The notes below the pieces were generated by a model. It was not told the origin of the DNA. It saw only the letters and a list, made by a program, of their open reading frames with translations, and searched no databases. Shown one piece after another: positions 10,431 to 20,606 of a stretch of DNA of 64,000 nucleotides (positions within the stretch are counted from its first letter, which is position 1; each line of letters starts with the position of its first letter). Source of the stretch: Syntrophorhabdaceae bacterium (GTDB lineage: Bacteria; Desulfobacterota; Syntrophorhabdia; Syntrophorhabdales; Syntrophorhabdaceae); the NCBI GenBank assembly GCA_963665295.1, contig OY762209.1, forward strand, positions 896,001-960,000, read 5' to 3'. The translations under genes were made by a program, and so were the position numbers.

Positions 10431-10523
10431 CAAGGCCAGCAACAGGCCTCCGCTCAGTAAAAAAATGTTTCGTCCTTTCACTCTGCCACCTATCGGCTAG
10501 GCGGGACGTACCCAACCCATGCC

Positions 10524-10913
10524 CTATTTTTGGGCAGTCGCTTTTCTTTCATCGAAGACTTCTTTTGCAATGAGAAGGGCGTTCATGGAGAGAACCATGC
10601 CGGCGCTTGGAATGATCTGCAGCAGTACTTCAATAATTTCCTTTTCTGAGCAGCCTACATTCAGGGCTGAGTTGATGTGAACTTTCACCTGAAGTGGTGC
10701 GGTACCCATGGTTGCCATGCTGGCCAGTGCAATCATTTCTTTTGTCTTCAGGTCTAATCCTGAGCGACTATAGATATCTCCAAAAACAAATTCCACCAGA
10801 TATTGAGCAAAATCGGGGGATATTTCTTTCATCGTTTCAATTACTCTTGTTCCTATTTCACCTTCCATCTCTGTAATTTTTGCTAATCCTCTCCGGTATC
10901 TCTCAGAATCCAT
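10524..10913 (-). CDS. Carboxymuconolactone decarboxylase (CMD/AhpD-like) family protein
   Basis: FVFGDIYSRSGLDLKTKEMI and HINSALNVG motifs. GGAGG RBS. Confidence 0.85.
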   Translation of the reverse strand: MDSERYRRGLAKITEMEGEIGTRVIETMKEISPDFAQYLVEFVFGDIYSRSGLDLKTKEMIALASMATMGTAPLQVKVHINSALNVGCSEKEIIEVLLQIIPSAGMVLSMNALLIAKEVFDERKATAQK

Positions 10914-10989
10914 TCCATGACCTCCAATATTCTTTTGGTGACCTGCTTCATGTCTACGTCACTATTACCATTTCTGTTCCAGCCGTACA

Positions 10990-11371
10990 AGACAAAAGGC
11001 AGAATTGAGGACATGTTCGGAAAGGAAGGACAGCCCCCTCTGAAACCCTACGGGCCCTCCTTATGGGTAAGGAACAAAAGTACTTGTTCACTTTTCTTCG
11101 CCATCCAGGCGTCCCTCCGACCAACAACCAGGCAGAGCAGTCAATCCACTTTCTTGTAATCTTCCGGAAGATCATGTTCGGCACACGCTCGAAAAAAGGA
11201 TTGAGAACCCACAGCATTCTGCCGAGCCTTGTGCTTACCTCCTTGAGACAGGGACATAAGCCGAGGGAGTTCCTGGAGATACTTCTCACTTCCGACACGA
11301 AGACCGCACAGAGGGTCTGTATCGCAATTCAAGTCGATGAGTTGGTCGGAGGTGGAGGACTAAACTGTTGC
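10990..11371 (+). pseudogene. IS66-family transposase C-terminal relic
   Basis: LFTFLRHPGVPPTNNQAEQSI..VIFRK..FGTRS matches the IS66 TnpC motif. 5' part missing. Confidence 0.8.
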
Positions 11372-12031
11372 CCTGTTACATGGTCTCTCCCTTATAGTTT
11401 TCCCCACTCCGTTGTGTAGTCCGCCGGTCTAAGATACCGCACTTTCTCAACAAATATCTTTCCCTCAAGTACCTTCTCCAGGGCCTCTTCTCTTAGAATT
11501 CGTTTCCCACGGAACTGATCCGAGAGGTCCTTTAGAAACATGAGATTGTCCGGCAAGATGTCTTTGTAGGGTTGAATCCCCCGCTCCCTTACGTGAATGT
11601 GTTGCAGATAGCCGCCTAGTATGCGGTAGATTACATATGTGTCATCCCACTCGCTTTTGTCATTTCCCCATGAGACCCATTCGTCGAAGGGAATTGGCAT
11701 CTGACCAATAACGCCAATGACATTTTCGGAAGTGGGCGATTCCTTATTCCATGGAAATGGGGCGATGAGAACTATGTCGCCGATTGCAAATTTTGCGGCG
11801 TAGTTATGTGGATCAGGAGAAACGGACCCATCCCTCGTGTTCTCACAGTAACCATCTTGTTCACAAGCAGTAAAGCAATGGATCAGTCTTGCTTTTCTAT
11901 CGAATGTCCAGATGCGCTCGTCGTCCCAGGGAGATGTATCGTTAATGCCATAAGAGATTATTTCACTCAGGAAGATGTCATTGTCCTCGATACTGACCCC
12001 CGATGTCAATAGTGGACACCAATAATGTCTC

Positions 12032-12892
12032 TCACGCCGCCCTTTTCTGGGCATAGTATCTTCTTGCGTATGCCGCAGGAGATAAATAGTCGAGCCGTTT
12101 CTGGCGCCTCTCCCGGTTATAGAAGACTTCTATATACTCGGTAATCTCCCCGGTCGCCTCATCCCTCGTATGGTAATTACGGTGATGGATAAGCTCATTT
12201 TTCAACGTACCCCAGAAGCTTTCCATGGGCGCGTTGTCGTAGCAGTTGCCCCTTCTGCTCATTGAAGCTTTCATGCCGAACTGCAGGAGTAGTCTCTGAT
12301 ATTCAGTAGAGCAGTACTGGCTTCCCCGATCCGAGTGGTGGATCAGGCCTTTCGGTGGCTTTCTTACTGCCACTGCTCTTATGAGAGACCTAAGCACAAG
12401 CTCCCTGGTCATTCTCGCCCCCAGGGCGTAGCCCACGATCTCCCCGGTAAAAAGGTCCTTGTGGGCGGCACAGTAGAGCCAGCCCTCATCGGTAGGGATG
12501 TAGGTGATATCGCTGACCCACACCTCGTCGGGAGCCTCCACGGTAAAATCCTGATCAAGGATGTTCTCCGCCACGGGGAGCGAATGATTCGAGTCTGTGG
12601 TGGTTTTGTACTTCTTCACTTGTTTACACCGTATACCGAGCCTCTTCCTTATCCGTCTGATCCTTGAGATGCCCACCTTTACGCCATGCCCGGCAAGATC
12701 CTTTTGCAGTCTCTCGGGACCGCAGGTCTTCCGGGTTCTTTTGTGAGCAGCTTTTATCTCTATCTCCAGCCGTTCTTCCTCCTGGGCGCGTCGCGAAAGC
12801 GGGCGGTTAAACCATGCATAGTAACCGCTTCGAGATACTTCGAGTACCTGACAGAGAAGGGCAAGGGGATATTTGAGTCGCAGGATTTTCAC
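12032..12892 (-). CDS. IS3 transposase OrfB
   Basis: WVSDITYI, HSDRGSQY and NCYDNAPMESF motifs. Confidence 0.95.
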   Translation of the reverse strand: MKILRLKYPLALLCQVLEVSRSGYYAWFNRPLSRRAQEEERLEIEIKAAHKRTRKTCGPERLQKDLAGHGVKVGISRIRRIRKRLGIRCKQVKKYKTTTDSNHSLPVAENILDQDFTVEAPDEVWVSDITYIPTDEGWLYCAAHKDLFTGEIVGYALGARMTRELVLRSLIRAVAVRKPPKGLIHHSDRGSQYCSTEYQRLLLQFGMKASMSRRGNCYDNAPMESFWGTLKNELIHHRNYHTRDEATGEITEYIEVFYNRERRQKRLDYLSPAAYARRYYAQKRAA

Positions 12893-13197
12893 GATCGCGT
12901 ACCTTTGAGCGACTCTCTGGCAAAGTACGCGGTCGCGTTTTTTAAAATATCGCGCTCCATCTTGAGCTCAGCTATCTCACGCTTCAGGCGGGCCACTTCC
13001 ATGTCCTGGTCCGTCGCCTGACCTCGCGTTACCACAAGGCCGCCCCTTTTTGCCTGGGCTACCCACCGAGCGAGGGTTGACTTCGCAAGTGACAGTCTTC
13101 TGCCTACCTCAGGTATGCCGAGACCGCCCTCCGTCACCATTCTTACCGCTTCCTCTTTGAACTCTTTTGTAAACACTCCTCTGGGAATCTTTGCCAC
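12889..13197 (-). CDS. IS3 transposase OrfA
   Basis: FTKEFKEEAV...LKMERDILKNA. GGAGG precedes a GTG start at 13197. Confidence 0.9.
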   Translation of the reverse strand: MAKIPRGVFTKEFKEEAVRMVTEGGLGIPEVGRRLSLAKSTLARWVAQAKRGGLVVTRGQATDQDMEVARLKREIAELKMERDILKNATAYFARESLKGTRS

Positions 13198-13410
13198 TCG
13201 GACACCTCCGTTATGTATCCATATTGTACCGCATATGGTGTCCACTATATCCATCCTAACTCATACTGATCAGTCTGATAAAATCGTAGGCAGAATCATA
13301 CGAGTCAAAGACCCCTTCTTCGTAATAGCTCCTTCCACCTGTCTCGTATGATACATACTTTCTTGCAATGAATGCTTTGCTCATTCTTCTGTACCTCCGT
13401 TCGCTACAGA

Positions 13411-13968
13411 CTACTTAGTGGAGTCACGTTTCTGTTTAGACTTCGGCTCAAGCTGCAGAAGCACATCTTGTACGGTCCGCGCTATTGCCGCGGCCATTTC
13501 CTGAGTCGCGAAGCCCGATGCACGGTAGGCCCGGCCAAGCAACACTTTTTCGCTTTTTATTTCGTACAGGAAGACTTCTATCCTTGTCCCATCCCCGGCC
13601 ACAGAATACCGGCCGAAAACAAGATAATGTATTCGGCTTGGGCCCCAGTACCCTCTGACAGGTAAGGGTCGGTCATTCCCGGTCCGGACAAACCCTCTAC
13701 TGGAAAGAGTTTCTAATTGTTCGCCCTCAGGACAATAGAACGCATAGTCAAAAACGCGACTCTTTTCAAGACTGGAGATTATTTGTCGCCTTATATCCAT
13801 ACTTTCGTGGCCGCCATCTGCCTCTTCGAAGGGGAACAAGGCAATTGAGACAAAAAGATCCTGGACGTCTAACGGATGCTTCCATATATGCTCTCGCGCA
13901 GACACAGAACTTGCGACGACAAGTATGGCAAGAATGGCAATTACCAATCCGGCAGAAAGACAAAGCAT
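13411..13968 (-). CDS. Secreted protein with a TolB N-terminal-like domain
   Basis: Signal peptide ending VSA. YLVFGRYSV..RIEVFLYEIKSEKVLLGRAY resembles TolB_N. Confidence 0.55.
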   Translation of the reverse strand: MLCLSAGLVIAILAILVVASSVSAREHIWKHPLDVQDLFVSIALFPFEEADGGHESMDIRRQIISSLEKSRVFDYAFYCPEGEQLETLSSRGFVRTGNDRPLPVRGYWGPSRIHYLVFGRYSVAGDGTRIEVFLYEIKSEKVLLGRAYRASGFATQEMAAAIARTVQDVLLQLEPKSKQKRDSTK

Positions 13969-14021
13969 AGGCGTTCCTCTAATAATACCTCCTTTCAGAC
14001 CGGGTTTGGAGTAACAGGGCG

Positions 14022-14543
14022 TTAATGAGTAACCTCTTTCTTTATTTTGAATGTCCCAGCAGGATAAAACGCGACAGCGCCTTCCAGGGAGCATGATTTT
14101 TGGAGTTCCCTTATATAAGATTCCAAGGGGAGATCGGAGACTTTGTAACGGAAACCATAGAAGATGGTATTGCCCGATATGTCCCTCCAGTAGTCCATCC
14201 AAGGATGAGTTTCCCACGACATTCCGCCAGGCGTAATTTCATGACTCGGTTTTTGTCCTCGATTAACGGGATCATCTGTCAATCGTTGCCAACCCCTCGA
14301 CTTCATTACATCAGTCATCTGATTTATCATATTATTCGGCGGATAACACGTTGCTATATTATACGAGGCCTGATAGGTATTCGCGTCGCGGGTGTAACGA
14401 AGATTCTGAGCCCCTTGAGGTACCCAGATGCTGTTTTGCACGTATTCAGGCCAACCATGATGACTCTGTTGCGCGTTACAACTGCTGCATATTAGCAATA
14501 AGAGAATGGAGATAACAACTCTTATTCCGTTACTATTCCTCAC
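14022..14543 (-). CDS. Hypothetical exported protein or lipoprotein
   Basis: GGAGG then GTG. Hydrophobic N-terminus ISILLLLICSSC. Confidence 0.55.
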   Translation of the reverse strand: MRNSNGIRVVISILLLLICSSCNAQQSHHGWPEYVQNSIWVPQGAQNLRYTRDANTYQASYNIATCYPPNNMINQMTDVMKSRGWQRLTDDPVNRGQKPSHEITPGGMSWETHPWMDYWRDISGNTIFYGFRYKVSDLPLESYIRELQKSCSLEGAVAFYPAGTFKIKKEVTH

Positions 14544-14847
14544 ATTACCTCCTCGTGGGGGTGACAATAGGCGATGACCTCGATCATAGAGACCCAATAT
14601 GATTCGTCTATCTGGCCGGACGACCGGCCGGTTACAGAAGACGATGCGCATCCATTTGCGAGTGCCACCAGGCACAGCAGCAAAGCACCGTAAGTAAGGC
14701 CTCTCATCACAACCTCCTTTTCCCCATTATCGACCCCTGTAAAGTTTGCACGAGGTTCCGTTTGTATTCAAACGAACTACCGTATCTTTAGTGACAATGT
14801 ACTCAGGTCTATACCCTGATGTCCCCCTGGAGATACGGCGAAGAGTG

Positions 14848-15240
14848 TTACGGAGTTTTAGTCCTGTTGATTTCGACTACCCTGTCATCATTGTCGTAGG
14901 TTATGGAGACATAGTGGGTGCTTCCCGAAAGGCCTTCCACGGGGGTGCCTATGAACTCCCACAGTCCGAGGGTGAATATGTCCATGACGACATGGAACAC
15001 GGCCCTGCCCGGGCTCGGCTCGTTTCCCGTTTCATATTTATAGATGCAGAGCAGTTGACCGTTGGGCAGAGACGTGGTTTTGATGGGAGCGGAGCCTATA
15101 TTAAGCTCAACCTCCCCCTTCTTCACCTTCTCCTTCACGCCCCCCAGATTGGGGTCGGGTTTCCCTGATATTGCCATGCCCACGGAGCATCCATAGAGAC
15201 TTCCCAGAATGAGGCAGCACAGCAACATCTTTTTCATCAC
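14848..15240 (-). CDS. Hypothetical lipoprotein
   Basis: MKKMLLCCLILGSLYGC lipobox-like signal. C-terminal ITYDNDDRV. Confidence 0.7.
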   Translation of the reverse strand: MMKKMLLCCLILGSLYGCSVGMAISGKPDPNLGGVKEKVKKGEVELNIGSAPIKTTSLPNGQLLCIYKYETGNEPSPGRAVFHVVMDIFTLGLWEFIGTPVEGLSGSTHYVSITYDNDDRVVEINRTKTP

Positions 15241-15358
15241 GGGCGCACCGGTCTTTCCTTATCCAAGAGTGTGAGATTACAGACAAACATACCACAGAAG
15301 GCGCGTATCCCTCTATGGATTTCCGCTAAGGGCCGCCGGGGGCCGGCGACGGAAACCG

Positions 15359-15748
15359 CTACCCTACCCACACCGTCCTGTTCCCTATGCCCGTAGTCAT
15401 GAGGGTCTGCATAAGACGAATACCTGCGAATTCCGTATACATATCATAGACTTCGTCAAGCAAATCAACAGCGTCCCCCTCCATGACGGACGGATCGAAG
15501 GCGCTGTCCGCGGGAATCCCCTGCTCTCCGAACTTCTCGTACGCCTCATAGAGCTTCGGCACGACGGGCCCGTATTCCCGGACCTCGATGGGGTCGTCGA
15601 AAAGAAGTTCGCCATAGAGATCGAGGTGAAACGCCTGGGCATCGCAGACCATTCTCTGGAGCTTGAGGTTCGATAACAACTCTTTGCCTTCCTCCTGCGC
15701 CTTGAAAAGGAAATAATCGGCAACCTGGGAAGCGGTATATTTTGACAT
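15359..15748 (-). CDS. Panacea (DUF4065/SocA-like) antitoxin-domain protein, degenerate
   Basis: ASQVADYF, SNLKLQ, LFDDPIE and YGPVVPKLY motifs. Confidence 0.75.
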   Translation of the reverse strand: MSKYTASQVADYFLFKAQEEGKELLSNLKLQRMVCDAQAFHLDLYGELLFDDPIEVREYGPVVPKLYEAYEKFGEQGIPADSAFDPSVMEGDAVDLLDEVYDMYTEFAGIRLMQTLMTTGIGNRTVWVG

Positions 15749-16094
15749 AATTGTGTCCGGTCCTCCTGTTTTGTGTAATGGGGTATATTTGACTTGCGTG
15801 CTAGGTTTTAACACGGCCGGAGAGGCTTGTCAAGGTGCCATATATAATTGAAATGATTACACAAACAGTGCACAACCCGGCCCATACCCCATGGGCGGCC
15901 CTCCATGGGGTATAAGGGGCCATGGCTGAAAGGAATTACTTAACTAGAATCGCTTTTGTCCGATAAATAGAATTGACCATCATGAACAGAAGGCGGGTGT
16001 TGAAGGGGGGGCGGGATTAAGGACCGGACCACACGAACACGGGCCATAGTTCCTTGATGATCGGATACTTCTGCTGATAGTCAATCACATTGGA

Positions 16095-18836
16095 GTGTAT
16101 ACAGTGGAAGATGGGAATAAGACAGGGAACAAACGCGCCTTCCGGCACCTTCCAGAAGACTCCGTGGAAAACCTTGAAGAGCGAAGACAGATGGAAGAAG
16201 GCCCGGAAGATAGGGAGGAATCCCTCCTGGCCCTTATCAACGCAACCCAGGAATCCCTCATGCTCATCGACAGGGAAGGCACCGTGCTCAGGGTCAACGA
16301 AATCGGAGCCCGAAGGCTGGGCATGAATCCGGAAGATCTCACCGGCGCCTGCCTCTACGACCACCTGCCGGAAGATGTATGGAGGGTGAGAAAGGGGCAG
16401 TTCGACACGGTGATCGCTACCGGGACCTTGGTCCGCTTCGTGGACCACAGGGCGGGCAGGTTCTACGAAACCTATGCCTATCCCGTATCCAATCGTGAAG
16501 GTCGGGCGACAAGGCTGGCCATCTTCGCATGCGATGTTACGGACCGCATAATCTCGGACCGGATGGTGAAAGAAAGCGAGCGGAAATACAGGGAGTTCGT
16601 TGACCTCCTGCCCCAGACCGTCTCCGAATTCGGCCTCGACGGCACCTATACCTTCGTCAACCTCAAGGGATATGAAGCCTTCGGCTACTCGAAGGATGAC
16701 CTCAATAAGGGCGTAACCATCTTCGATACCCTCGCCCCTGAAGACCACGAGAAAGCCCGGACCAATATGGCGAGGCGATTGCGAGGGGAGGTATTCGGGT
16801 CCACTGAATACACCATGATGAGGAAGAACGGTACCACATTCCCCGCTCTCATCCATACCAGTCCCGTTATGAGAGAGACGAAAGCCGTGGGCATGAGAAC
16901 CGTGGTGGTCGATATCACGGAACAGCGCCGGGCCGAGGAGGCGCTGAAAGAAAGTGAAGAGAGGTACCGCAGTATTTTCGAGAATGCGGTTCTGGGCATC
17001 TTCCAGTCTTCTCCCGATGGACGCCTCATAAGGGTGAACGCGGCTTTCGCGGCCATGCACGGCTACGCAAGCCCCGAAGAGATGATCGCGGCCACCACCG
17101 ATATTGCGGAACAGCATTACGTGGAACCGGAGGAACGGACGAGATTTCAGAGGCTTCTTCAGGAACAGGGCATCGTCAAGTTCTTCGAGGCCCAATTCTT
17201 CCGCGCCGACGGAAGCAAGGTATGGCTCCTCATGAATGCCCGGGCTGTAGCCGGTCCGGATGGGAATATGCTCTATTATGAGGGCACCAGCGAGGAAATC
17301 ACGGATCGCAGGGAAGGGGAGAGCGCCCTGAGGGAAAGCGAGGAGCGCTATCGCACGGTAATCGAGAATTCCAATGACGGCATCGCCATATTGAGCGGGG
17401 AAAACCATGTCTATGTAAACGGAAAATTCGTCGCCATCTTCGGATATGACGGGCCCGGGGACTTCATCGGCAAACCCATCTCCATAGCGTGTCATCCCGA
17501 CGACCTTGAAAGGGTAATGGAGAATAATATGCGGAGGCAAAGGGGAGAAGACCTTCCTTCGCGATATGAATTCAAGGGCATAAGGAAAGATGGCGTTTCC
17601 ATCTATGTGGAGGTCTCCGTTGCAAGGACAACCCATTCGGGACGTCCCGTATCCCTGGTCTTTCTGAGGGACGTTACGGAACGGAAGAACCTCGAATCCC
17701 AGGTCCGTCAGGCTCACAAGATGGAGGCCATCGGGCAGCTTGCGGGGGGCATCGCCCACGATTTCAACAACATCCTCACCGCCCTCATCGGCTTCGGCAG
17801 CCTTCTTCAGATGAAGATGGAAGAGAGTCACCCCCTGAGGTTCTATGTGAATCAGATTCTCGCAACCTCCCAGAAAGCGGCGAACCTTACCCAGAGCCTG
17901 CTTGCATTCAGCAGGAAGCAGGCCATCGAGCTCAGGCCACACAACGTAAACACGATCATTGCAAATATCGAGAACCTTCTGAGGAGACTGCTCAGTGAAG
18001 ATATCGACCTCAATATCAACCTCACCGCGAACCCCGTCACGATTATGGCGGACATCACCCAGGTGGAACAGGTCGTCCTTAATCTCGTCACCAATGCGCG
18101 GGACGCTATGCCGAAGGGAGGGAAGCTTCTCATAGAGACATCCCCGGTCGTGCTGGACCAGGAGTTCAGGCGGGCATACCAGTTCGGCAAGCCCGGTTCG
18201 TACGTGCTCATCTCGGTAAGAGATACGGGGAGCGGTATGGACGAGAAGACAATAGAAAAGATCTTCGAGCCCTTTTTTACCACAAAAGACGTGGGAAGGG
18301 GAACAGGCCTCGGCCTCTCCATAGTATACGGGATCGTCAAACAGCATAACGGTTACATCACCGTCTCCAGCGAGCCCGGCTCGGGGACGACATTCCTCGT
18401 ATATCTCCCCCTCACCAGGACCGGCACAACGGAGGCCGGGATCGTCCACGCCGATACAAGGGGCGGCAAGGAAACGGTCCTGGTCGCGGAAGACAACGAG
18501 GAAGCGCGCCATCTCGTGAAAGAGATCCTTTCGCAATCCGGGTATACCGTCATAGAGGCCGTTGACGGCGAGGATGCGATCCAGGCATTCACACGGCATA
18601 AGGAGACGGTTTCCCTCCTCCTTCTCGACGTGGTCATGCCCAAAAAGAACGGCAAGGAGGTGTACGAGGCGATAGAAAAGATGAGGCCCGGCATAAAGAC
18701 CATCTTCATGAGTGGTTACACGGGCGACGTGGTCCTTGAAAAGGGGATTCAGGACAAGACGGTCGAATTTGTCGCAAAGCCCACCCCTATAGGAGAATTG
18801 TTGCTGAAGGTAAGACATGTGCTCGACAGCCGCTGA
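16095..18836 (+). CDS. Multi-PAS hybrid sensor histidine kinase/receiver
   Basis: Four PAS segments, H-box AHDFNN, NARDAM, FEPFFTTK, GTGLGL and receiver LLDVVMP. Confidence 0.95.
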   Translation: MYTVEDGNKTGNKRAFRHLPEDSVENLEERRQMEEGPEDREESLLALINATQESLMLIDREGTVLRVNEIGARRLGMNPEDLTGACLYDHLPEDVWRVRKGQFDTVIATGTLVRFVDHRAGRFYETYAYPVSNREGRATRLAIFACDVTDRIISDRMVKESERKYREFVDLLPQTVSEFGLDGTYTFVNLKGYEAFGYSKDDLNKGVTIFDTLAPEDHEKARTNMARRLRGEVFGSTEYTMMRKNGTTFPALIHTSPVMRETKAVGMRTVVVDITEQRRAEEALKESEERYRSIFENAVLGIFQSSPDGRLIRVNAAFAAMHGYASPEEMIAATTDIAEQHYVEPEERTRFQRLLQEQGIVKFFEAQFFRADGSKVWLLMNARAVAGPDGNMLYYEGTSEEITDRREGESALRESEERYRTVIENSNDGIAILSGENHVYVNGKFVAIFGYDGPGDFIGKPISIACHPDDLERVMENNMRRQRGEDLPSRYEFKGIRKDGVSIYVEVSVARTTHSGRPVSLVFLRDVTERKNLESQVRQAHKMEAIGQLAGGIAHDFNNILTALIGFGSLLQMKMEESHPLRFYVNQILATSQKAANLTQSLLAFSRKQAIELRPHNVNTIIANIENLLRRLLSEDIDLNINLTANPVTIMADITQVEQVVLNLVTNARDAMPKGGKLLIETSPVVLDQEFRRAYQFGKPGSYVLISVRDTGSGMDEKTIEKIFEPFFTTKDVGRGTGLGLSIVYGIVKQHNGYITVSSEPGSGTTFLVYLPLTRTGTTEAGIVHADTRGGKETVLVAEDNEEARHLVKEILSQSGYTVIEAVDGEDAIQAFTRHKETVSLLLLDVVMPKKNGKEVYEAIEKMRPGIKTIFMSGYTGDVVLEKGIQDKTVEFVAKPTPIGELLLKVRHVLDSR

Positions 18837-18878
18837 AAAGATGTGAAGATACAGGTAAATAGAGGTCTCTGGCCATAC

Positions 18879-18949
18879 TTTTCAACATAATTTGTTGATA
18901 AGTTGTGGAGAAGTTGTGGAGCATGGAGCCTAACTTTCTGATTTTACGG
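18879..18949 (+). promoter_or_regulatory. DnaA-box cluster with an IHF-like site (copy A)
   Basis: TTTTCAACA-5-TGTTGATAA-2-TGTGGAGAA-2-TGTGGAGCA, then TAACTTTCTGATT (reverse complement AATCAGAAAGTTA). Confidence 0.6.
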
Positions 18950-19212
18950 GAAAGAGCGCCTTTTGCTCTATCATGCAGCAAACTTGCGATGCCTGTTATT
19001 TCAGTTGGTTACGAGTCCCTCGCCCGCGCCGCTTCATTGAAGGAATTTCCCTCTCCATGTATTGGGCCACGAGAATTATCCCGTCGTAAGGATTTCCCGA
19101 AGACCCCGCCGCACTTGATTTTTTTGTGCCCCTCTTTTAATATTATGAGAACGGTGTGTCCGGCCCACTCTGAAGACCCCCGTTACCATCGACCGACAAG
19201 GAGATAAAACAG

Positions 19213-19650
19213 ATGAAGCCTCTGGGAGAACTGACAAAAGAAGCACGCACGGACACCATACCTGAGTTCCTCGAATTCGTGTCATCCTGGGCGAAACAGG
19301 CAGGTTACAGCGAAAAGCGGGTCAAGGAAATAGGGTCCGCGGTGACGGAGGCCCTCACGAATATCGCGGAGTTCATTTGCAGAGAAGGGGGTCAGTCCGT
19401 GACCATGCAGTGCGGCGACGACAAGGGAAGAAGGTTCGTCATCGAAATTTTTGACTCCGGAAAGCCCTTCAATATGCTTTTGGAGGCCGACCCGTTCCTT
19501 TCCGGCAATGATCCCTCGGAGAAAAGACCCTCCGTCCGTTTCATGAAGAAGATCGGAGACGTGGAATACAAACGGTTCGAAGGCAAAAACCGCATCGTAA
19601 TCACCACATATCCCGAGTTCAACCTCGTGAAAAACGACTCGCCCGGCTAG
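19213..19650 (+). CDS. Anti-sigma factor/Ser kinase-like HATPase_c (RsbW-like)
   Basis: AVTEALTNI and EIFDSGKPFN motifs. The usual GLG box is not evident. Confidence 0.7.
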   Translation: MKPLGELTKEARTDTIPEFLEFVSSWAKQAGYSEKRVKEIGSAVTEALTNIAEFICREGGQSVTMQCGDDKGRRFVIEIFDSGKPFNMLLEADPFLSGNDPSEKRPSVRFMKKIGDVEYKRFEGKNRIVITTYPEFNLVKNDSPG

Positions 19651-19790
19651 TCCCTGCCTTCTTGCGAAAGAGGCATTCCTGGATCATCCGCAAGGCGACT
19701 CCCCTTTAATGCTGGAAAACCGTTACAGTTTATGGCATCTTAAGGAACGAGGCAGCAGAAATTTGCCTGGCTGCGGGCCTCAGGATATCC

Positions 19791-20606
19791 ATGCGAATCA
19801 TACTGAAAAGTTTCAAGGACTTCTGGCGCGATGACGGGCCCATGCTCGCAGGCGCCGTATCGTGCTTCTTCATGCTCGCCTTCGTTCCCTTCATTCTCCT
19901 CATGGTCTCCCTTCTCGGGTACGTGCTCGGCGAATATGGCGAGCTGCACTCCTTTCTCCTGAGGCTCCTTACCGACCTCTTTCCGAGCGTCACCCACCAG
20001 ATCACCCGCGAGGTGGCGAGCGTCATCGGCAACAAGCAGATCGGACTCGTAACCCTGGCCGTGTACGCCTTCTTCTCCCTGGAGCTGTTCTTCTCCCTTG
20101 AGACGGCAGTGCGGGTGATGTTCGAGGTGAAGACGAAGCGCTCCCTCGTAAAATCCCTGGCCCTCTCCCTCGTTACCGTAACCCTCCTTCTCTCCTTCAC
20201 CCTTGCCTCCTTCGCCGCCGCATGGCTTCTCCATACACTCGAAAGCCTTTCCGGCTTCTTTCCCGGTCTCAAGTTCGGGTGGGTCACCAGCCTGTTTACC
20301 GGCTTCATTGCGCCCATGTTCGTCGTGTTCCTGGTCTCGACCCTTCTCTACCTCGTCCTTCCTTCGCGGAGGGTTTTGACCCATGCCCTGCTCGGGGGCC
20401 TGTTCACCACGGTCCTCCTTGAAGCGGCAAAATTTCTGTTCACCTTCTATATTGCCTGGAGGGTCCTCCGCCTCGGCGCGGTGTACGGGTCCCTCACGGC
20501 AATCGTGGTTTTCCTCCTCTGGATCTTCTACGCGTCCTCCATTTTTCTCATCGGTGCAAAACTGGTGTACAATATGGGTGCGGTGAGGCGGGGTCGCGTT
20601 GCATAG
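19791..20606 (+). CDS. YihY/BrkB-family inner membrane protein
   Basis: F.RDDG.MLAGA and VYGSLTAIVVFLLWIFY motifs. Confidence 0.9.
   Translation: MRIILKSFKDFWRDDGPMLAGAVSCFFMLAFVPFILLMVSLLGYVLGEYGELHSFLLRLLTDLFPSVTHQITREVASVIGNKQIGLVTLAVYAFFSLELFFSLETAVRVMFEVKTKRSLVKSLALSLVTVTLLLSFTLASFAAAWLLHTLESLSGFFPGLKFGWVTSLFTGFIAPMFVVFLVSTLLYLVLPSRRVLTHALLGGLFTTVLLEAAKFLFTFYIAWRVLRLGAVYGSLTAIVVFLLWIFYASSIFLIGAKLVYNMGAVRRGRVA

Larger units (their letters stand above)
8582..10481 (-). pseudogene. Membrane-anchored Sel1-repeat protein, interrupted by IS630 and frameshifted
   Basis: Removing the IS joins MKGRNIFLLSGGLLLALL to VIVFIALL in frame. A frameshift near 9150 leads into EAKHWFAKSAEYGNAKA and the Sel1 ORF 8582-9079. 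Confidence 0.75.
11994..13263 (-). mobile_element. IS3-family insertion sequence with a 3-bp TSD (TAC)
   Basis: 28-bp imperfect IRs TGA.....GATG...ATAGTGGACACCA. TAC at 11991-11993 and 13264-13266. Confidence 0.93.
11392..13384 (-). pseudogene. Hypothetical protein (about 240 aa) interrupted by IS3
   Basis: GGAGG then ATG at 13384 (MSKAFIARKY...FIRLIS) joins in frame to IEDNDIFLSE once the IS and one TAC copy are removed. Confidence 0.8.

Noticed and set aside
8582..15240. Integron cassette array (co-oriented short genes)
   Set aside because: No intI gene and no recurring attC-like palindromes were seen.
16017..18818. 933-aa antisense ORF and other long antisense ORFs (e.g. 24798, 27444, 39574, 47006, 53118, 54921) plus the alternative-frame ORF at 48279
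   Set aside because: These are shadows of well-supported genes in GC3-rich DNA and carry no motifs of their own.
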